Shown one piece after another: positions 47,975 to 58,797 of a stretch of DNA of 64,000 nucleotides. Below the pieces are notes generated by a model. It did no database searches. It worked only from the letters and a program-made list of their open reading frames with translations, and was not told where the DNA came from. Both the position numbers and the translations under genes were made by a program. Source of the stretch: Candidatus Elusimicrobium euhamitermitis (GTDB taxonomy: Bacteria; Elusimicrobiota; Elusimicrobia; Elusimicrobiales; Elusimicrobiaceae); assembly GCA_031254225.1 (NCBI GenBank), contig JAIRUU010000113.1, positions 546 through 64,545 of the forward strand, written 5' to 3'. The stretch's first letter is position 1, and each line of letters opens with the position of its first letter.

Positions 47975-48901
47975 ATGATAAAAAAAATAAAACTTAAAGA
48001 TAAAGACGAGATTTTCCTTGTGCTGGGGGAGCAGGACAGCAGGTTAAGAGCGCTTGAAAAAGAATTTAAAGTAGAAATTTTTGCCCGCTATAATTCCGAC
48101 GGCGACGGGGCGGAAATTTCGCTTTCCGGCCCGAATTCCCGCGTTGACAAAGCTTTTCACAAAATCAAAAAAATTATTGAAAATACCGAAACCGTCGTCA
48201 CTCTGCAAAGAACCTCCCACGCCAAACCTTTTGACAACGGCGTTATTTTTTATCCGCCGCACAACGCGCCGGTAAAACCGCGCACTAAAAACCAACAGAA
48301 ATATATTGAAACTATTTTTGAAAACGACATGGTAATTTCCGTCGGGCCCGCGGGCACGGGCAAAACGTTTTTGGCCTGCGCGTGCGCGCTGCGCGCGCTG
48401 GAGCTTGGCATGGTGGGCCGCATAATAGTTTCCCGCCCGATAGTTGAAGCCGGGGAAAAACTCGGCTTTCTGCCCGGCGATATTGATGAGAAAGTTGACC
48501 CGTATCTGCGCCCCGTTTATGACGCGTTCGGCGCTATGCTGGGCGCGGAAAAGTTCCGCGCTTTGAAATACTCTTCAACGCTTGAAATAGTGCCGCTTGC
48601 CTACATGCGCGGCAGAACGCTGGAAAACGCTTTTATAATTTTGGACGAAGCGCAAAACACGCTGCCCGAGCAGATGAAAATGTTTTTAACCCGCATGGGC
48701 GCAAATTCCCGCATGATTATAAACGGGGATTTGACGCAGATAGATCTGCCTTTTAAAAAAGAAAGCGGCCTTTCCGTCGCGGTAAAAATTTTGCGCGGCA
48801 TTGAGGGCATTTCAATTATGGAATTTACGGCGGAAGACGTCGTGCGCCACCCGCTTGTAAAAGAAATTCTGTCCGCTTACGACAGACTAGAGAAAAAATG
48901 A
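47975..48901 (+). CDS. PhoH family protein (YbeZ-like)
   Basis: GPAGTGKT, EAGEKLGFLPGD, PLAYMRGRTL, DEAQN, DVVRHPLV; start ATG 47975; adjacent to ybeY. Confidence 0.92.
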   Translation: MIKKIKLKDKDEIFLVLGEQDSRLRALEKEFKVEIFARYNSDGDGAEISLSGPNSRVDKAFHKIKKIIENTETVVTLQRTSHAKPFDNGVIFYPPHNAPVKPRTKNQQKYIETIFENDMVISVGPAGTGKTFLACACALRALELGMVGRIIVSRPIVEAGEKLGFLPGDIDEKVDPYLRPVYDAFGAMLGAEKFRALKYSSTLEIVPLAYMRGRTLENAFIILDEAQNTLPEQMKMFLTRMGANSRMIINGDLTQIDLPFKKESGLSVAVKILRGIEGISIMEFTAEDVVRHPLVKEILSAYDRLEKK

Positions 48902-49368
48902 AAATAAATGTTTTTTATAACGTAAAAATACCGCCGGCGCAGCGCAAAACGTCATTATTTAAGGCGGCTGTTTCAGCCGCGCTGGGCCGCGGCGCAAAAC
49001 GCGGAGGGGAAATAAATCTGGTTTTTGTTTCCGGCGCGGAGATACATAAAATCAATAAACAATTTTTAAACCACGATTATGAGACAGACGTAATTTCTTT
49101 CGGTTACCCGTCTGAGCCGGAAACTTTATCAGGCGATATTTTTGTATGCGTAAAAACAGCGCAAAAAAACGCTTTGCTGTATAAGCAAAGCGTTTTGGAA
49201 GAATTGCTGACTTACGCGGTCCACGGCGCGCTGCACCTTGCCGGCATGGATGACGCCGCTAAAAAAGAACGCGCTCTTATGGACAAGGCGGCCATGAAAA
49301 TTATTTCTAAAATTCTTAACGCAAAAACCAAAACAGCCCAAATCCCGCCGCCAGCCAAAAGAAAATAA
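48898..49368 (+). CDS. ybeY: rRNA maturation RNase YbeY
   Basis: INKQFLNHDYETDVISF, GDIFV, HGALHLAGMDD. Confidence 0.9.
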   Translation: MKINVFYNVKIPPAQRKTSLFKAAVSAALGRGAKRGGEINLVFVSGAEIHKINKQFLNHDYETDVISFGYPSEPETLSGDIFVCVKTAQKNALLYKQSVLEELLTYAVHGALHLAGMDDAAKKERALMDKAAMKIISKILNAKTKTAQIPPPAKRK

Positions 49369-49606
49369 TCAGTAGCCATGGTATGATGACAAGCGCCACG
49401 GCAATCCAGCCGAAAGTTGCGGCGAATTTGCTTGCCTGTTTTGCAGCGTTCAAATCGGTTTTTATTTTATCGTCAACGCGCAGCGCAAAAATCAAACTTG
49501 CGACGGCAGCCGGCATTGCGAAGAACGCGCCCAGGCCGGACAGACAAAGCGACACTATTGCCAGCACCAGATGATTTTCAATTTTAGTCTCGTTATTTTC
49601 CGTCAT
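49316..49606 (-). CDS. CD225/dispanin-like small membrane protein
   Basis: NHLVLAIVS, ASLIFALRVD, AAKQASKFA, two hydrophobic segments. Confidence 0.6.
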   Translation of the reverse strand: MTENNETKIENHLVLAIVSLCLSGLGAFFAMPAAVASLIFALRVDDKIKTDLNAAKQASKFAATFGWIAVALVIIPWLLIIFFWLAAGFGLFWFLR

Positions 49607-49659
49607 AATATTGCGTCCACCAAAAAGACTTATTTAGACTAATTATATAAAATATAAAT

Positions 49660-49932
49660 ATGGATATAAAATATATTGAGCGTCTGGCAAAGAGCGCGAA
49701 ACTTAAATTTACGCCTGAGGATTTGCAGGACTGGAGCGTAAAAATGGAAAAGATTTTTACGTGGATAGACCAGCTGGCGCAGGTGGAAACTTCCGGCGTG
49801 CCCGCGGATATTGTAAGCCCCGTCCTGGATTTGAGGGAAGACGCCGCGCGCGCTTTTGAAAATATCCCCGCGATAATTTCCGCTTTCCCCGCGGAAGAAG
49901 AAAAAATGATAAGGGTAAAAAAAGTTTTATGA
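49660..49932 (+). CDS. gatC: Asp/Glu-tRNA amidotransferase subunit C
   Basis: IERLAKSAKL, LRED, IRVKKVL; overlaps gatA start. Confidence 0.85.
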   Translation: MDIKYIERLAKSAKLKFTPEDLQDWSVKMEKIFTWIDQLAQVETSGVPADIVSPVLDLREDAARAFENIPAIISAFPAEEEKMIRVKKVL

Positions 49933-51350
49933 CGGCTTCAGAGATTGTAAAAAATATTAAAGAGGGTAAAACCACGGCGCTCGCCGCGGCGGAAAACGCT
50001 TTTAGAATAATTAAGGAAAAAAATCCGCAAATCAACGCTTTTATTGAAATTTTTGAAGACGCCGCGCTGGCCCGCGCAAAAGAAATAGACGCAAAAAAAG
50101 CCGCGGGCAAAAAACTCGGCCGTCTGGCGGGAGTGCCCGTAGGCATAAAAGACAATATGCTTTACAGCGGTCATTTGGCCACATGCGCGTCAAAAATGCT
50201 GGCAAACCATAAAGCCGTGTACACGGCGACCGCGATACAAAGAATTATTGACGAGGACGGAATTATCGTCGGCCGTCTGAATATGGACGAGTTTGCAATG
50301 GGCTCGTCAACTGAAAATTCAATTTACGGCGCGACTAAAAATCCGCTTGACCAAACAAGAGTCGCGGGCGGTTCGTCCGGCGGCAGCGCGGCCGCGGTAT
50401 GCGCGGGCATGGTGCCTTTGGCTCTGGGTTCCGATACCGGCGGTTCAATACGCCAGCCGGCAAGTTTTTGCGGCGTTGTCGGCGTAAAACCAACGCACGG
50501 GCGCGTCAGCCGGTACGGTTTAGTGGCCTTCGGCTCCAGCGTGGACCAGATAGGGCCGATTGCGGCAAACGTTGAGGACGCCGCGCTTTTGTTTGACGTA
50601 ATTTCCGGCGCGGACGCCAAAGATTCAACTTCTAACCAGACAAAATTTGAAGACGTGTCAAAAAATTTAAATAAATCCATTGCGGGTCTTAAAGTGGGGA
50701 TACCGACGGATTTTTTTGAAAATCTTGACCCTGAAATTAAAAAAACTTTTGACAACGCAAAAAATGTTTTGAAAAATTTGGGCGCGCAGCCGGTTGACAT
50801 ACCGCTGCCTTTTGCAAAATACAGCTCCCCCTGCTATTATATTTTGATGAGCGCGGAAGCCAGCTCAAATCTTTCCCGTTTTGACGGCCTGCGTTACGGT
50901 TATCAGACGGCAAATCCTGCGGATTTGGACGAAGTTTACGCCAAAACACGCATGGAAGGCTTTGGGCCGGAAGTCAAACGCCGCATTATGATAGGCCACT
51001 ACGTTTTGAGCAAAGAGCGTTACGAGGCCACATGCGTCAAAGCCCGTCAGGTAAGAACGCTTATCAGAAAAAATTTTGAGGACGCTTTTAAAAAAGTTGA
51101 TATTATTTTAACGCCCACTTCGCCGACGGTTGCCGCAAAACTGGGCAAAGCGGCTGAGGACCAGGTTACAACTTATCTGGCGGATTTGTTCACTTGTCCT
51201 GGCAATATGGCAAACCTGTGCGGCGTTTCCGTCCCGTGCGGGAACGCGGCGGAAGGGCTGCCGGCCGGCGTGCAGTTTTATGCCGACTCCGACCGGGAAG
51301 ATATAATGTTCAACGCGGCTTACGCGTATGAGCGGGCGGCAAACAAATGA
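49929..51350 (+). CDS. gatA: Asp/Glu-tRNA amidotransferase subunit A
   Basis: NMDEFAMGSS, GGSSGGS, GSDTGGSIRQPA, SSNLSRFDG, GFGPEVKRRI. Confidence 0.96.
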   Translation: MTASEIVKNIKEGKTTALAAAENAFRIIKEKNPQINAFIEIFEDAALARAKEIDAKKAAGKKLGRLAGVPVGIKDNMLYSGHLATCASKMLANHKAVYTATAIQRIIDEDGIIVGRLNMDEFAMGSSTENSIYGATKNPLDQTRVAGGSSGGSAAAVCAGMVPLALGSDTGGSIRQPASFCGVVGVKPTHGRVSRYGLVAFGSSVDQIGPIAANVEDAALLFDVISGADAKDSTSNQTKFEDVSKNLNKSIAGLKVGIPTDFFENLDPEIKKTFDNAKNVLKNLGAQPVDIPLPFAKYSSPCYYILMSAEASSNLSRFDGLRYGYQTANPADLDEVYAKTRMEGFGPEVKRRIMIGHYVLSKERYEATCVKARQVRTLIRKNFEDAFKKVDIILTPTSPTVAAKLGKAAEDQVTTYLADLFTCPGNMANLCGVSVPCGNAAEGLPAGVQFYADSDREDIMFNAAYAYERAANK

Positions 51351-51793
51351 TAGTCTCCGAGTTTTCCTGCGGCGGCGTTGTCTTAGACGGCAGAAAAGTA
51401 CTGCTGGTGCAGGTTAAAAATATGAAGGGCAAAAAAATATGGACATTTCCCAAAGGGCATATTGAAGCCGGAGAAACGCCCCGCCAGGCCGCTTTGCGCG
51501 AAGTGGAGGAAGAGACGGGCTACAAAGCCGCGATAGTGCGTCCGATAATCCGCGTGCGTTACGCTTTTACTTTGCAGGGCAATTATATTAAGAAGACGGT
51601 GCAGTGGTATTTGATGAAAAGACTGGGGCGGATAGGCAGGCCGGACTCGTCGGAGATTTTGGACGTGAGGTGGGTTTCCGCGCCGAAAGCCAAAGAAATG
51701 GTTTTGTACCCGAGCGATTTGCGCCTGCTGGAAATGGTCGGCCCGGGAGTTCCGGCGGCGCCTGAAAAAGAAGATTTTGATACGGCTGATTAA
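51347..51793 (+). CDS. NUDIX hydrolase
   Basis: Nudix box GHIEAGETPRQAALREVEEETG. Confidence 0.9.
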   Translation: MIVSEFSCGGVVLDGRKVLLVQVKNMKGKKIWTFPKGHIEAGETPRQAALREVEEETGYKAAIVRPIIRVRYAFTLQGNYIKKTVQWYLMKRLGRIGRPDSSEILDVRWVSAPKAKEMVLYPSDLRLLEMVGPGVPAAPEKEDFDTAD

Positions 51794-51825
51794 AAAACCC
51801 GCCGGCTTCCCGGGGGTTTTTTAAT
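51789..51825. terminator. Bidirectional intrinsic terminator
   Basis: A6-CCCGCCGG-CTTC-CCGGGGG-T6 between convergent genes. Confidence 0.75.
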
Positions 51826-51838
51826 GTCATAGAATGTC

Positions 51839-52723
51839 TTATTTTTTTACGGGTTTCTGTATTATAAACAAGCTTACAAAAATCAAAAATATTCCGGCAA
51901 ATTCATTTAAGCCCGGCACTCTGCCGGTGGCGAGAAAATCTAAAACCAGAGCAACGATAGGCACCAGATACGTGACGCTTGCCGCGCGCAGCGCGCCTAA
52001 TCTTTTAATTAAAGCAAGCAGCAGTAAAAACGCTATTGCGCTTGAAAAAACGCCGCCGTAAATCATAGACAAAACAGTCTTTGTATCCAGCATATTTTTA
52101 GACGGCATTACGCCGAAAACCAGCGACACCGCGCCCATAACTATAAACGCAAAAAGGTACTGGTGAAAAATATTTCCCTCGGTGGAAATTGTGCTGTGGT
52201 CAACCATAATATATTTTGTAAAAACGTTGCCCAGCGCGTAACATATTGCCATGCCCACAAGCGCGAGGCAGCCGTAAAACTCCGCCATGCTGCCCTGAAA
52301 ATTTGCCGCGGGCAGCATAATGCATAAAATGCCCGCGATACCTATTAAAACGCCCAGCGCGCGCGGCCAGGTAAAAGAATCTTCCCCTTTCAAAATAATC
52401 GCGCCCGCTATAAACGTCCATATGGGCGCGGTGCCGTTGAAAATGCCGCCAACGCCCGACGGCACAAACTGCTGCCCCCAGAACATTAAAAAGAACGGAA
52501 GTATGATTAAAACCGAGCTCAGAAACCACGGTTTCCAAATTTCTTTAGCGGGAATTTTAACGCTTTTGCGGCGCAGCGCGAACAAAATTATAAAAAATAA
52601 AAACCCAAAGAATACGCGCGAGAACGCGCCGTAAAGCGGGTCCACACCCGCCACGATATTTTTTGCCGCCAAAAACGCGCTGCCCCAGCAAAAAGCAAGC
52701 GCGAAGAAATAAAAATAGGTCAT
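51839..52723 (-). CDS. DMT/EamA family transporter
   Basis: WGSAF, about 10 TM helices, VTYLVPIVA. Confidence 0.88.
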   Translation of the reverse strand: MTYFYFFALAFCWGSAFLAAKNIVAGVDPLYGAFSRVFFGFLFFIILFALRRKSVKIPAKEIWKPWFLSSVLIILPFFLMFWGQQFVPSGVGGIFNGTAPIWTFIAGAIILKGEDSFTWPRALGVLIGIAGILCIMLPAANFQGSMAEFYGCLALVGMAICYALGNVFTKYIMVDHSTISTEGNIFHQYLFAFIVMGAVSLVFGVMPSKNMLDTKTVLSMIYGGVFSSAIAFLLLLALIKRLGALRAASVTYLVPIVALVLDFLATGRVPGLNEFAGIFLIFVSLFIIQKPVKK

Positions 52724-52778
52724 AAAAATATTATACCTTTTAAGGTAATGTTAAAAAAGCGAAAAAAATAAAACAAAT

Positions 52779-52924
52779 CTTCCCCTTTTAGGGGAAGTCT
52801 CCGGAGGGGATAGGGGTAAATACACACAAATATGCGTCTGTAAGATTTCTGTTTTAAGCAAACAGCGTTTTATAACAGCCATTTACCCCTTTCCGCTTCG
52901 CGGCTTTCCCCCTAAAAGGGGGAA
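52779..52924. repeat. REPIN-like inverted pair
   Basis: CTTCCCCTTTTAGGGGAAG...AGGGGTAAAT - spacer - ATTTACCCCT...TTCCCCCTAAAAGGGGGAA. Confidence 0.7.
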
Positions 52925-52987
52925 TTTTTATCTTATCCGGACTGATTTAGCGTTGCCAGCTTTTTCATATTTGATATTATAAATTAT

Positions 52988-54253
52988 ATGGAAAATAAAA
53001 GCAGACACCCTTGGTTTTTTATACCGACGCTTTATTTTGCGGAAGGTTTGCCGTATATAATTATTAACTCTGTTTCCTCCGTCGTGTACACAAAACTCGG
53101 CATTCCCAAAGACGTGATGACTTTCTGGACAGGTTTCCTCTATCTGCCGTGGATTTTAAAAATGGTCTGGAGCCCGCTGCTTGAAAACAGAAGCAAAAAA
53201 TTTATTCTTTCCTCCGCGCAGTTTTTGCTTGCGATAATTTTTCTGCTTACGGGACTTGCTTTTAATTTAAATAATTTTTTTGTCGCCTCGCTGCTCGGGT
53301 TTGCGGCGGGCGCGTTTATCAGCGCCACTTATGACGCGGCGACCGACGGCTATTATATGCTTGTCTTAGATAAGGAAAGACAGTCTTTCTACGTCGGCAT
53401 ACGCACGTTTTTTTACAGGCTGTCCATGATTTTCGGAAGCGGGATTATTGTAATGCTGGCGGGCAGGCTGGAGGTTAAAACGGGCAATATTGCGCCGGCG
53501 TGGACAATAAGTTTTACGGCGGTTGCAGCAGTATTTTTTATTTTTACAATCTGGCATTTTTTTATTTTGCCGCGGGATGCAAAACCTCCGTCTTCGCTGC
53601 GCTGCGACGCGACTGCGCCGAAAGCGGCGCAGAATTTTAAGGAAGTCTTCAAAACTTATTTCACGCAGAAAAATATTTTGATAATTCTGATTTTTATTTT
53701 GGTTTACCGTCTGGGCGAAGCAAGCCTTGAAAAACTTATCGCCCCTTTTATGCTTGACCCGAAAAGCGCGGGCGGGCTTGCCGTTTCCACTGAAACTTTT
53801 GGTTTTATAAAAGGCACCGTGGCTATGATTGCTTTAATAGCCGGCAATATTCTGGGCGGCATAGCGCTTGCAAAATACGGTTTTAAAAAATGTCTGTGGC
53901 CCTTTGTGGTTTTATTAAACGCGCCGAATATTTTTTATGTAATTATGGCTGTTTTCAAGCCCGCTTTATGGATAGTTGCGGTTTTAGTTTCTTTTGAGCA
54001 GTTCGGCTACGGGCTGGGTTTCATGGCTTTTACGGTGTTTGTTATGAAAATCAGCCAGAAAAGCAAGTATCCCACGTCGTACTACGCCATATCCACGGGC
54101 ATTATGGCCCTGGGCATGATGATTCCCAACATGATGAGCGGCAGGCTGCAGGTATCGGTCGGCTACACAAACTTTTTCATAATAGCGTGTATTTTGAGCA
54201 TTCCCAGCTTTTTCATAGCCCCGTACGCAATCAAAATTTTTGAAGATAAATAA
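52988..54253 (+). CDS. AmpG-like MFS transporter
   Basis: PTLYFAEGLPY, LYLPWILKMVWSP, SATYDAATDG.Y; 12-TM pattern. Confidence 0.85.
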   Translation: MENKSRHPWFFIPTLYFAEGLPYIIINSVSSVVYTKLGIPKDVMTFWTGFLYLPWILKMVWSPLLENRSKKFILSSAQFLLAIIFLLTGLAFNLNNFFVASLLGFAAGAFISATYDAATDGYYMLVLDKERQSFYVGIRTFFYRLSMIFGSGIIVMLAGRLEVKTGNIAPAWTISFTAVAAVFFIFTIWHFFILPRDAKPPSSLRCDATAPKAAQNFKEVFKTYFTQKNILIILIFILVYRLGEASLEKLIAPFMLDPKSAGGLAVSTETFGFIKGTVAMIALIAGNILGGIALAKYGFKKCLWPFVVLLNAPNIFYVIMAVFKPALWIVAVLVSFEQFGYGLGFMAFTVFVMKISQKSKYPTSYYAISTGIMALGMMIPNMMSGRLQVSVGYTNFFIIACILSIPSFFIAPYAIKIFEDK

Positions 54254-54298
54254 TTTTGCTATAATATGTATATATATTAAGCAAAAGGAAAATGAAAT

Positions 54299-54493
54299 AT
54301 GTCTTATAAATGTACTATATGCGGCAAAGGGCCTGTTCAGGGCGGCTCCTACAGCCACTCCAACAGGAAAACAAACAGGACTTTCAAACCCAATCTCCAG
54401 AAACAGAAAGTTGTTCTGGAAGGTAAAACGCAGACCGCGTACGTCTGCACAAAATGCATAAAAAGCGGTTTTACGGCGAAACCCGCTAAATAA
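54299..54493 (+). CDS. rpmB: 50S ribosomal protein L28
   Basis: CTICGKGP...SHSNRKTNRTFKPNLQ...VCTKCIK. Confidence 0.95.
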   Translation: MSYKCTICGKGPVQGGSYSHSNRKTNRTFKPNLQKQKVVLEGKTQTAYVCTKCIKSGFTAKPAK

Positions 54494-54514
54494 TGGAAGC
54501 TCTTTAGACTGCAC

Positions 54515-54547
54515 AGCCCGTGACAAAAATCTTGGCACGGGCTTTTG
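54515..54547 (+). terminator. Probable terminator after rpmB
   Basis: AGCCCGTG...CACGGGCT-TTTG hairpin. Confidence 0.55.
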
Positions 54548-54564
54548 TTCAGTCTCGGTGTCTT

Positions 54565-56880
54565 ATGAAAAAATTTCTGTTCTTGACATTTTTGGTTTGC
54601 GCGGCGTCCCTTTTCGCGCAGGAAAGCGCGGATAACAGCGGCCCGTGGATGGTTTGCGACACGGGGGTTACCGGCCTTAAAAATATTGCCCCAAAAACCG
54701 TTCTCAAAGCGGCCAAAGCGAAAAAAGGCGAAATGTACGAGAAGGGTTTTGTATACGACGATATGCAGAGCATAGTCGCGCTGGGCAGTTTTGACAACGC
54801 GCAGGTGGACGTTTCGCCGGCTAAAGGCGAGCGCAAAAATAAAGAAGATCAACAGAATTATCCCTGCTATAAAATCACATATATCGTCAAAGAAAAACCT
54901 GTTTTTGACAAAATTATCTACCAGGGCCGCAAACATTTGAGCAAGAGCAGCATAACTGAAGCCATGACGCTCAAAATTAAAGACCCGTATAACGAAACCA
55001 AACTTTCAACGGACATGCAGGCTGTTAAAAATAAATACGCCGAGAAAGGTTATATCAACGCTTACGTGAGTTACGAAACAAAAATTAATGAAGATTACGG
55101 CACCGCGGAAGTCACTCTTGTCATAAACGAGGGCGAGCGCGCCAAAGTGGACAAGGTTCAAATTCTGGGCGCGGAAGGAATAATCCCGTCTGAAACGCTG
55201 ATTAAAAAAACGTCCAACCGCCCGGGCAAAATTTACAAACCGCAGAATCTGCAGAAAGATTATATCAATATGACGCTCTACGGCCGCAACAAAGGCTTCA
55301 GCGAGTTTGACGTCAAGCCGCCCAAAGTGGAAATGAGCGAGGACAAAAGCAAAGTCTCAATAACCTATGAAGTAAAAGAAGGCGTGCAGGCGCATTACGG
55401 CAAAAGCACGTTTGATGGCAACACGGTGTTTACGGACGCCGAGCTTAAGAAAAATATTTTTTACCGCGAAGGCAATATTTATAAACAAAAAAGTTTTGAC
55501 TACACCGTGCGCGACATGCAGGAAGCGTACGCCAACAAAGGTTATTTAAAAGCGCAAATCACGCCGAAGCGGACCGTGACGGACGGCGTTCTGGATATTG
55601 ATTATATTATTAACGAGGGCCGCGTTTTTTACGTTGACCACGTTGACGTTACGGGCAATGAAAGCACAAAAACAAACGTCCTTGCGCGCGAGATAACCAT
55701 TAAACCGGGCGACTTGTTTGACTACTCCAAAATCCGCCGCAGCCAGACCAAAATAATGAATCTGGGTTTTATCAACGACGTGCAGCTTGATATTTCCCCC
55801 ACCGCGGCCCCTGACAAAGTGGATTTGGGTTTTAACGTGGTGGAAGGCCGCCCCGGAATGTTTACCGCCGGCATAGCCATGTCTTCAATGGACGGGCTCT
55901 ACGGCGAGGTTAGCGTCAGCCATCTTAATTTATTCGGCTCTGCACAGCGTTTGAATTTACGCACGCAGTTCGGCAAAAATTTACTTGATTATACCGTGGG
56001 CTGGTCCACGCCGTGGGTGTTTGACAGGCCGGTATCTTTCGGCGTTGACGCTTTTAATACGCGCCGTTACCGCCCTTTTGAAAACACTTTACAGGCGTAT
56101 ACGGACAAACGCATAGGCGGCCGCGTGATAGTCGGCCCGCGTTTTTCGGAAGATATTTACCAGTTAAGCCTGGCGTACACTTTGCAGAGCATTGATATTT
56201 ACGACGTTGACGCCCAGTACGCAAATCTTATTCCGAAGGTAAAAAATCTTTCGTCCGGCTTCGGCGTTGATTTTGCCTTGGACACGCGCGATAATATGTG
56301 GGACCCTACGACGGGCTGGCGCAACTCCGCGGGCGTTGAAGTGACCGGCGGTCCTTTTATGGGGGATTTGGATTTATGGACGCTTAACCTGCGCTCCATA
56401 TTTAACCATACTGTTTTAAACGTCGGCGGCAATTACCCTATAGTTTTTGTGCTGTCCAATAAATTCGCCTCAACAAAACCTTACGGCAGGACAAAAGAAG
56501 TGCCGGTTTATGAAAAATATTTTATAGGCGGCGCGGACACCATAAGGGGTTATGACAATACGGGCCAGGTCGGCCCGCCGGACGGCAGCGAAGTGTATTT
56601 TGTTTCCAACTGGGAACTGCGCTTCCCGCTTGCGCGCGAAGGGCGCAGGAGCATTGCGCAGCTCGCGGCTTTCTTTGACGTGGGCAATGCGTGGAACAGC
56701 GTGAGCGACGTTAAGTTTTCCCTCGGGCCGGATTATGACCAGTTTAAGGCCGGCGTGGGCGTGGGGCTCAGGTTTGCCACGCCGCAGCTGCCCATACGCA
56801 TAGACTGGGGTTATGGTTTGAATCACGCGGCTGGGGAATCTAAGACGAAATTTTATTTCAACATGTCCAACGCGTTTTAG
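54565..56880 (+). CDS. bamA: Outer membrane protein assembly factor BamA
   Basis: Signal peptide, POTRA repeats, GGADTIRGY, PIRIDWG, C-terminal Phe; start ATG 54565. Confidence 0.93.
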   Translation: MKKFLFLTFLVCAASLFAQESADNSGPWMVCDTGVTGLKNIAPKTVLKAAKAKKGEMYEKGFVYDDMQSIVALGSFDNAQVDVSPAKGERKNKEDQQNYPCYKITYIVKEKPVFDKIIYQGRKHLSKSSITEAMTLKIKDPYNETKLSTDMQAVKNKYAEKGYINAYVSYETKINEDYGTAEVTLVINEGERAKVDKVQILGAEGIIPSETLIKKTSNRPGKIYKPQNLQKDYINMTLYGRNKGFSEFDVKPPKVEMSEDKSKVSITYEVKEGVQAHYGKSTFDGNTVFTDAELKKNIFYREGNIYKQKSFDYTVRDMQEAYANKGYLKAQITPKRTVTDGVLDIDYIINEGRVFYVDHVDVTGNESTKTNVLAREITIKPGDLFDYSKIRRSQTKIMNLGFINDVQLDISPTAAPDKVDLGFNVVEGRPGMFTAGIAMSSMDGLYGEVSVSHLNLFGSAQRLNLRTQFGKNLLDYTVGWSTPWVFDRPVSFGVDAFNTRRYRPFENTLQAYTDKRIGGRVIVGPRFSEDIYQLSLAYTLQSIDIYDVDAQYANLIPKVKNLSSGFGVDFALDTRDNMWDPTTGWRNSAGVEVTGGPFMGDLDLWTLNLRSIFNHTVLNVGGNYPIVFVLSNKFASTKPYGRTKEVPVYEKYFIGGADTIRGYDNTGQVGPPDGSEVYFVSNWELRFPLAREGRRSIAQLAAFFDVGNAWNSVSDVKFSLGPDYDQFKAGVGVGLRFATPQLPIRIDWGYGLNHAAGESKTKFYFNMSNAF

Positions 56881-56895
56881 CGGCGTATCCTTTAG

Positions 56896-56924
56896 TTTTC
56901 CTCTCCCTTTTAGGGAGAGGAAAA
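56896..56924 (+). repeat. REP-like hairpin
   Basis: TTTTCCTCTCCCT-TTT-AGGGAGAGGAAAA, reverse complement of 14941-14968. Confidence 0.7.
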
Positions 56925-56948
56925 AGATTGGAGGACGGAGTTCTGTTA

Positions 56949-57773
56949 ATGAAAAAACGGATTTTGGTTTTAATTTTTTTATTAACTGCCGTTATTTCAA
57001 ACGGACAGGAAAACGGCGGCGTGCTGTCCGCCGCGGCTCCGCCGCCGCCGCAGGGGAAATTAATAGCGGCTTATCTGGATATAAATTATTGTTTCAAAAA
57101 CCACCCGTGGACAAATTTGACTAAAGAGGCTTTGCAGGAAACTTTGCGTAAAAAGGCGGACGAAATAGAAAACGCAAAAAAAGACATAGCCGCTATCAAC
57201 GGCGAAACCGCGTCTCTTGAAGCCGAGACGGATAATCTTAAACCTTTTTATGAAACGTCTTATTCGTCCGACGGGCCGCAGCTTCTGCCGCAGCCGCAGG
57301 GCGCGGATTATGCCGAAACTGCGGACGCTCTTTCCCGTTTCCTTGTTTTCAGCGGCGCGGATATACGCTTTAACAGCCCTGTTGACGCCGCGGCGCTTGC
57401 CGAGCAGAATAAAAAGAAAATAGCCGATAATATGACGGCGGTCCGCGAAAAAGAAATCTGGATAGAAAAACAGAAATTTGACACCACTAATCAAGTAAAA
57501 AAAGAAGAGGCCGTTGAAGTGCAGGAAATTATGCAGGATATTTACGAAGAGTTAAAACTCTTCGCGTTAAAGAGAAATATTGCGATAATAGTAAATAAAG
57601 ACGATATTTTGTACGGGCAGAAACCCGTTGACATAACGCAGGAATTTACGGACAGGCTCAGAAAAACAAAAAAAGAAAAATCCGGCAAAAAAGATTCAAA
57701 AAAAATAATATCCCTTGAACTTGACGCGCAAAAAGCGCCGCAAATAAACAGCGGCGCGGGAACAAAACAATGA
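56949..57773 (+). CDS. OmpH/Skp-like periplasmic chaperone
   Basis: Signal peptide, AYLDINYCF, coiled coil, ILYG..VDITQE; between bamA and lpxD. Confidence 0.75.
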   Translation: MKKRILVLIFLLTAVISNGQENGGVLSAAAPPPPQGKLIAAYLDINYCFKNHPWTNLTKEALQETLRKKADEIENAKKDIAAINGETASLEAETDNLKPFYETSYSSDGPQLLPQPQGADYAETADALSRFLVFSGADIRFNSPVDAAALAEQNKKKIADNMTAVREKEIWIEKQKFDTTNQVKKEEAVEVQEIMQDIYEELKLFALKRNIAIIVNKDDILYGQKPVDITQEFTDRLRKTKKEKSGKKDSKKIISLELDAQKAPQINSGAGTKQ

Positions 57774-58795
57774 AAATAAATTTACAGACTTTAGCGGAAA
57801 TTACCGGCGGCGAACTGGCCGGAGATAAAAATTTTGAAATTACCGCCCCGTGCAGCATTGATAACCCCAAACCGGACGGAGTATGCTACGCCGCAAATAC
57901 CGAAAATAAAGAGTTGCTCTCAAAACTCGCCGCGGGCTGCGTTATTCTGCCCGCCGCCGCAAAAGGCAAAATTGATTTTAAAGTAAACGCGGTTTACGCC
58001 CAAAATCCGGAATGGGCGTTTACTCTTTTCTTAAGATATTTTGAAGCGCAGAACCCTAAATTTGACAAAGGCATACACCCGACGGCGATTATAGGCAAAA
58101 ACGTGAGGCTGGGCGCAAACGTAAACATAGGCGCGTACACGGTGATAGAAGACAATGTGGTTATCGGGGACAATACCACGCTTTATCCTCACGTCTATAT
58201 CGGCCGCAATACGACGGTCGGCGCGGGCTGTTTGTTTTACCCTAACGTCGTTGTGCGCGAGGGTTGCGTTGTTAAACATAACGTCGTGCTGGAGGCCGGC
58301 GCGGTTATCGGCGCGGACGGTTTTGGTTTTATTTTTATTAACGGGAAACATGAGAAAATACCGCAGGTCGGCAACGTGATAATAGAGAGCGAGACGGAAA
58401 TCGGCGCAAATACGACCGTTGACCGCGCGAAAATTGACAGCACCGTCGTGGGGCTCAACGTGAAAGTTGACAATTTGGTGCAGCTTGCGCATAATGTTAA
58501 AGTGGGCGCGGGAAGCATAATAATTTCACAGGCCGGCATAGCCGGCTCAACCGAGCTTGGCAAAGGCGTGGTTTTGGCCGGGCAGGCAGGCGTGGTGGGC
58601 CACATAAAAATCGGGGACGGCGCGCAGGTGGCTGCGCAGTCGGGCGTCATGGGCGACGTGCCCGCGGGCTCAAAACTTTTCGGTTCCCCCGCAAGAGAAT
58701 ACGGCGAAATGCTGCGCGTTTACGCCACTCTGCCCAAGCTGCCGGAAATGTATAAAGAATTAAGAAAATTTAAGAAGGCAAAAGAAGAAAAATAA
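57770..58795 (+). CDS. lpxD: UDP-3-O-acylglucosamine N-acyltransferase
   Basis: Hexapeptide repeats, [22 protein letters not shown]. Confidence 0.95.
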   Translation: MKINLQTLAEITGGELAGDKNFEITAPCSIDNPKPDGVCYAANTENKELLSKLAAGCVILPAAAKGKIDFKVNAVYAQNPEWAFTLFLRYFEAQNPKFDKGIHPTAIIGKNVRLGANVNIGAYTVIEDNVVIGDNTTLYPHVYIGRNTTVGAGCLFYPNVVVREGCVVKHNVVLEAGAVIGADGFGFIFINGKHEKIPQVGNVIIESETEIGANTTVDRAKIDSTVVGLNVKVDNLVQLAHNVKVGAGSIIISQAGIAGSTELGKGVVLAGQAGVVGHIKIGDGAQVAAQSGVMGDVPAGSKLFGSPAREYGEMLRVYATLPKLPEMYKELRKFKKAKEEK

Positions 58796-58797
58796 AT

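Noticed and set aside
49316-49368. 53-bp convergent overlap of ybeY and the dispanin-like gene as antisense control
   Set aside because: Short 3' overlaps are common in compact genomes; no further support.
49660-51793. gatB missing after gatCA
   Set aside because: gatB is often encoded elsewhere; this cannot be judged from one window.
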